From contig JANOAN010000007.1 of the NCBI GenBank assembly GCA_031411135.1, positions 4,214 to 68,213 on the forward strand: 64,000 nt of DNA, written 5' to 3'. The notes under the pieces are model-generated. The model saw nothing but the letters and a program-made list of their open reading frames with translations, was not told the origin of the DNA and did no database searches. The position numbers and the translations under genes were made by a program. How positions within the stretch are numbered: position 1 is the stretch's first letter; each line of letters starts with the position of its first letter. The DNA is from a bacterium (GTDB lineage Bacteria > Patescibacteriota > Minisyncoccia > Phycocordibacterales > CAIZLB01). Shown here piece after piece: positions 60,581 to 64,000 of the stretch.

Positions 60581-62608
60581 CTAAATGCAAAGCATCACAG
60601 GGATAACAATTGGTTTTTTGGCAGTTTGCTGGAAGATGAACTTTGTTAAAGTCTCTGAAACCACATCTTTAACGTAATCGATGTTGATAGGGTACATTCC
60701 TTCAGTGGCACGCTCCACTGTTCGCTTGATTAGATTGCGACTCTCACGCAACAACTCTTGTGACTCCCTCAAATACACAGACCCTCTTGAGATGATGTCC
60801 GGAGACTTCTTCAATTTACCGGTAGCGGCATTAATAAGCCCTACAACCACATAAAAACCTTCCTGCGCCAATACCTGTCTATCTCGGATAACTACGTCCT
60901 GAACGTCACCAATCGTGAATCCGTCCACCATAACGGTGTTATCAGGAGCTTTGACGGCCAATTTAACGATTTTTGCTCCGTTATCCTGAATTTCAATAAT
61001 GTTACAGTCGTCAGACACAATGACGTGATCTGCGGGCATACCTAATTGAACCGCCAATTCTGCGTGCAATTTTAAACGGTAGTGGTTTCCGTGAACTGGG
61101 ATAAAGAATTTAGGTTGAATCTTTCGGTGCAACCATTCGATTTCACCACGGTTAGCGTGACCTGTAGAGTGAATGTACAAATCAGAAGTTCTGTATTCAA
61201 CAATTTTTGCACCCAATCTCGCAAAGTTATCCTTCAATTTTTCTACAGCCCTTTCGTTTCCAGGAATAATAGATGAAGACAATAGAACCGTGTCGCGATT
61301 ATTGATAATCACGTATTTGTGACTCTTTGTAGACATTCGCATAAGAGCAGCGAATTCGTCTCCTTGTGCTCCTGTTGCAAGAACGACGATTTTGTCTGGC
61401 GGGTACTGAGGCATGTCTTGTGATGAAATCACAGTACCTTTTTGAAGTTTAATAACACCAGCTTCGATACAAATGTCGATGTTGGTCTTCATACTTCGGC
61501 CCTCGATGACCAATTTCTTTCCGTACTTTTCACAACATTCAACTACCTTGGCGATTCGATGAACGTGCGAGGCGAACATTCCCATAATTAATCTTCCCTG
61601 AGAATTTTTGATGATTTCTTCTAAACTTTCGTGAACGATATGTTCAGGAGTAGAAAATCCTGGGTTTTCAATGTTTGTTGATTCACCAAGTAGAAGAAGA
61701 TTTTTCTGGTCTTTGAAAACAGAATACGCTTTTTCTTCAGCAGGGTCTACGACGCCATCCTTGTGAGTCAATTTGAAGTCTCCCGGAGTAATAATATTTC
61801 CGTAAGGAGTCTTGATGATAATACCAAGTGAATCTGGAATACTGTGAGTTACGTTGAAGAACTCGACGTTGATAGCACCGATAATTATCTTGTCGGTTGA
61901 TTCGACAACTTTGTAATTGATAGGGGAAGCATGAGGAAATTCTGCCTGTCGCTTTTTAATCATGAGCGCAGTTAAATTTCTGGTATACATCGGCGGATTA
62001 CCGATTCTTTCCATGATGTAAGGAATACCTCCAACGTGGTCGAGGTGACCGTGAGTGATGATGATGGCGCGGACTTTATCTTTTCTTTCCTCCAAATATT
62101 TAGTGTTTGGAATAATATAGTCAATTCCAGGAGTATCTTCTTGTTTGAATTTAAATCCTGCGTCAATAACAATAATGTCATTGCCCATTTCAACCATTGT
62201 CATGTTCATTCCGATTTCTTCTACTCCTCCCAAAGGAATAATTCGGATATTACCAGGTGCAAGTGGCGGGATAACGGTCGCCTTTGGCTGTTGCATTTGG
62301 CCGTCAGCGTCTTTAAATTGACGAGGCGCTACAGTATAAGAGCGATTAGGTGATCGCATAGGGCGTCTGCCGTTCTTGATCTTCATACTACTTAGGAAGT
62401 ATGGCTTTGGGGCAGCCATTCCCATGGGTGCTGGAGCAGAGGCCGCTTGTGGGGCGATTATGGGTGCAGGTGTTGCTAATTGTGGAGCAGGCGGTCGAAG
62501 GATCGGACCGTTTTTATTGTTTCTATTTCCAAAAGGCATGTAAGGCACGCGCTTGAAAGGACTGCGATCATTATTGTTTCTTGGGTTGTTATTGTTTGGT
62601 GTGTTCAT
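60581..62608 (-). CDS. rnj: Ribonuclease J
   Basis: PLGGVEEIG, THGHLDHVG, HSTGHA, PVHG. Confidence 0.96.
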   Translation of the reverse strand: MNTPNNNNPRNNNDRSPFKRVPYMPFGNRNNKNGPILRPPAPQLATPAPIIAPQAASAPAPMGMAAPKPYFLSSMKIKNGRRPMRSPNRSYTVAPRQFKDADGQMQQPKATVIPPLAPGNIRIIPLGGVEEIGMNMTMVEMGNDIIVIDAGFKFKQEDTPGIDYIIPNTKYLEERKDKVRAIIITHGHLDHVGGIPYIMERIGNPPMYTRNLTALMIKKRQAEFPHASPINYKVVESTDKIIIGAINVEFFNVTHSIPDSLGIIIKTPYGNIITPGDFKLTHKDGVVDPAEEKAYSVFKDQKNLLLLGESTNIENPGFSTPEHIVHESLEEIIKNSQGRLIMGMFASHVHRIAKVVECCEKYGKKLVIEGRSMKTNIDICIEAGVIKLQKGTVISSQDMPQYPPDKIVVLATGAQGDEFAALMRMSTKSHKYVIINNRDTVLLSSSIIPGNERAVEKLKDNFARLGAKIVEYRTSDLYIHSTGHANRGEIEWLHRKIQPKFFIPVHGNHYRLKLHAELAVQLGMPADHVIVSDDCNIIEIQDNGAKIVKLAVKAPDNTVMVDGFTIGDVQDVVIRDRQVLAQEGFYVVVGLINAATGKLKKSPDIISRGSVYLRESQELLRESRNLIKRTVERATEGMYPINIDYVKDVVSETLTKFIFQQTAKKPIVIPVMLCI

Positions 62609-62638
62609 TTTGTTTTTTTATAATTTGTTAATTTTTTT

Positions 62639-64000
62639 TTATTTAAATACCTTTAAGGTTCTCTTGGTGTCGGTATGCCATAAACTTGAGTAATACAGAC
62701 GTTCGTTACCGGAATCAATTGCATCTATGTTAATTCCTATGATTGAATGTGATGCGAATAATAAATAGTCTGGCGAATAAAGGAAGATGGCAGGTACATC
62801 TTTCTGAATTTCACTGTTAATAGTGGAAATAAGGGCTTGCTGATCTGTGCTAGATGAGACCACCCGAAGTTTTTCGAGGGCAGAGTCTACTTTTTTGTTT
62901 GCATAAAGAGCAAGGTTTAATCCCATGTCTTTTTGTTGAGAAGAGTGCCAGAAAGGGTATAGATCAAGATCTCGTCCGACAACTTGTCCAAATAATAGAA
63001 TATCGTATTTTCGAGGACGGATTACTTTATCAGAAAGATCTGAAGATTCGTAAATCTGTACAGTCACATCAGCTCCAACGTTTTTCCACACATCTGAAAC
63101 ATACTGTGCAATTGCTTTTAATTCCGGAGAATTAGAAGTTGAGATTGAAAAAGACAGTCGTGTATTTGTAGTTTTCTTGTTTAAAGTTGTTTGCTTCTGA
63201 AAGATTCCATCATCGCCCTTTTTCCATCCCTTATCAGTTAAAGTTTTTTGAGCAAGGGTGATCCTTTCATCTTTTGATAAAGTAGTTGTAGAAGTCATAG
63301 AAATCATTCCGGGTATGGGTGTGTTTGTAATTTTTCCAAGGCCATCTCGCACGGCCGATAGTAGATCGACTCGATCAATTGATTGCTCTAAAGCATTTCG
63401 AACTTCGGAATTTAATAAAACAGGGTCATTGCTTTGATTAAAAAATAGCGAATAAGTTCTTGGTAAAAGTGGGCTAACAAGATTAGTTTTATTTAAAGCA
63501 TTTTTTTCAGCTCGATATGAATCAGTAGATACACCTGCAACAATATCGGCTTTTCCACCTATTACCGCCTTTATTGCCGAGTCTTCGTCTTTGTACATGT
63601 CAAAAACGTAAGTACCTACATAAGGTTTCTCTAGAATGTACTTATTAAATGTTGTTAATGTGTATTGTGATACTACACCGGGCTCTGATTCTTTAGAGGA
63701 AGCTACTTTGTAAGACCCCGATCCAATTGGTTTTCGGTTCAATGGGCTTATATCGAAAGTTTCAGGTGTTGTGCTTGCCCACAGATGTGCAGGTAAAATT
63801 CCTAAAGTTAAATTTTGAACGAAAGGTTCATAAGGTTGAGGAAGGCTAAATTGAACAGTTCTGTCATCAATTTTTTTCACTTCAACACCTACCCAGTTTC
63901 CAGCAATTGGACTTTTTATAGATGGATCTTTTATTTTCTGAACCGTGAATACAACATCATCGGCTGTAAGCGGAGCGTTATCATGAAAAGTCACTCCGTC
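62639..64000 (-). CDS. ABC transporter peptide-binding protein (family 5), 5' part outside window
   Basis: FHDNAPLTADDVVFT, PIGSGSY, DVPAIFLY. Confidence 0.9.
   Translation of the reverse strand, partial: DGVTFHDNAPLTADDVVFTVQKIKDPSIKSPIAGNWVGVEVKKIDDRTVQFSLPQPYEPFVQNLTLGILPAHLWASTTPETFDISPLNRKPIGSGSYKVASSKESEPGVVSQYTLTTFNKYILEKPYVGTYVFDMYKDEDSAIKAVIGGKADIVAGVSTDSYRAEKNALNKTNLVSPLLPRTYSLFFNQSNDPVLLNSEVRNALEQSIDRVDLLSAVRDGLGKITNTPIPGMISMTSTTTLSKDERITLAQKTLTDKGWKKGDDGIFQKQTTLNKKTTNTRLSFSISTSNSPELKAIAQYVSDVWKNVGADVTVQIYESSDLSDKVIRPRKYDILLFGQVVGRDLDLYPFWHSSQQKDMGLNLALYANKKVDSALEKLRVVSSSTDQQALISTINSEIQKDVPAIFLYSPDYLLFASHSIIGINIDAIDSGNERLYYSSLWHTDTKRTLKVFK

Overview
AT-rich bacterial chromosome segment whose gene content and style suggest Patescibacteria/CPR (Parcubacteria-like); this assignment is an inference. 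It carries core genes (dnaE, rnhB, rpmF, nusB, rnc, smc, valS, tsaD, trxB, ftsZ, ftsA, ybeY, rpsU, trpS, rnj), two type II TA pairs, two tRNAs (Glu-TTC, Val-GAC), several large repeat-rich surface proteins and a broken dipZ-like gene. The most interesting part is an ~8.8 kb element (24821-33583) integrated at the 3' end of tRNA-Glu. Its large serine recombinase gene spans the att site, so its C-terminus is currently supplied by the antisense of the tRNA, while an in-frame alternative tail lies at the far end. The element also carries three unexplained non-coding structures: a 126-nt rod, a five-unit ~35-bp array with three-way covariation, and a ~450-nt multi-hairpin region before the recombinase operon. 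Its cargo includes a nuclease-TPR defence-like gene interrupted by one in-frame TGA. All calls come from reading the sequence and the ORF track; no searches or folding programs were run.
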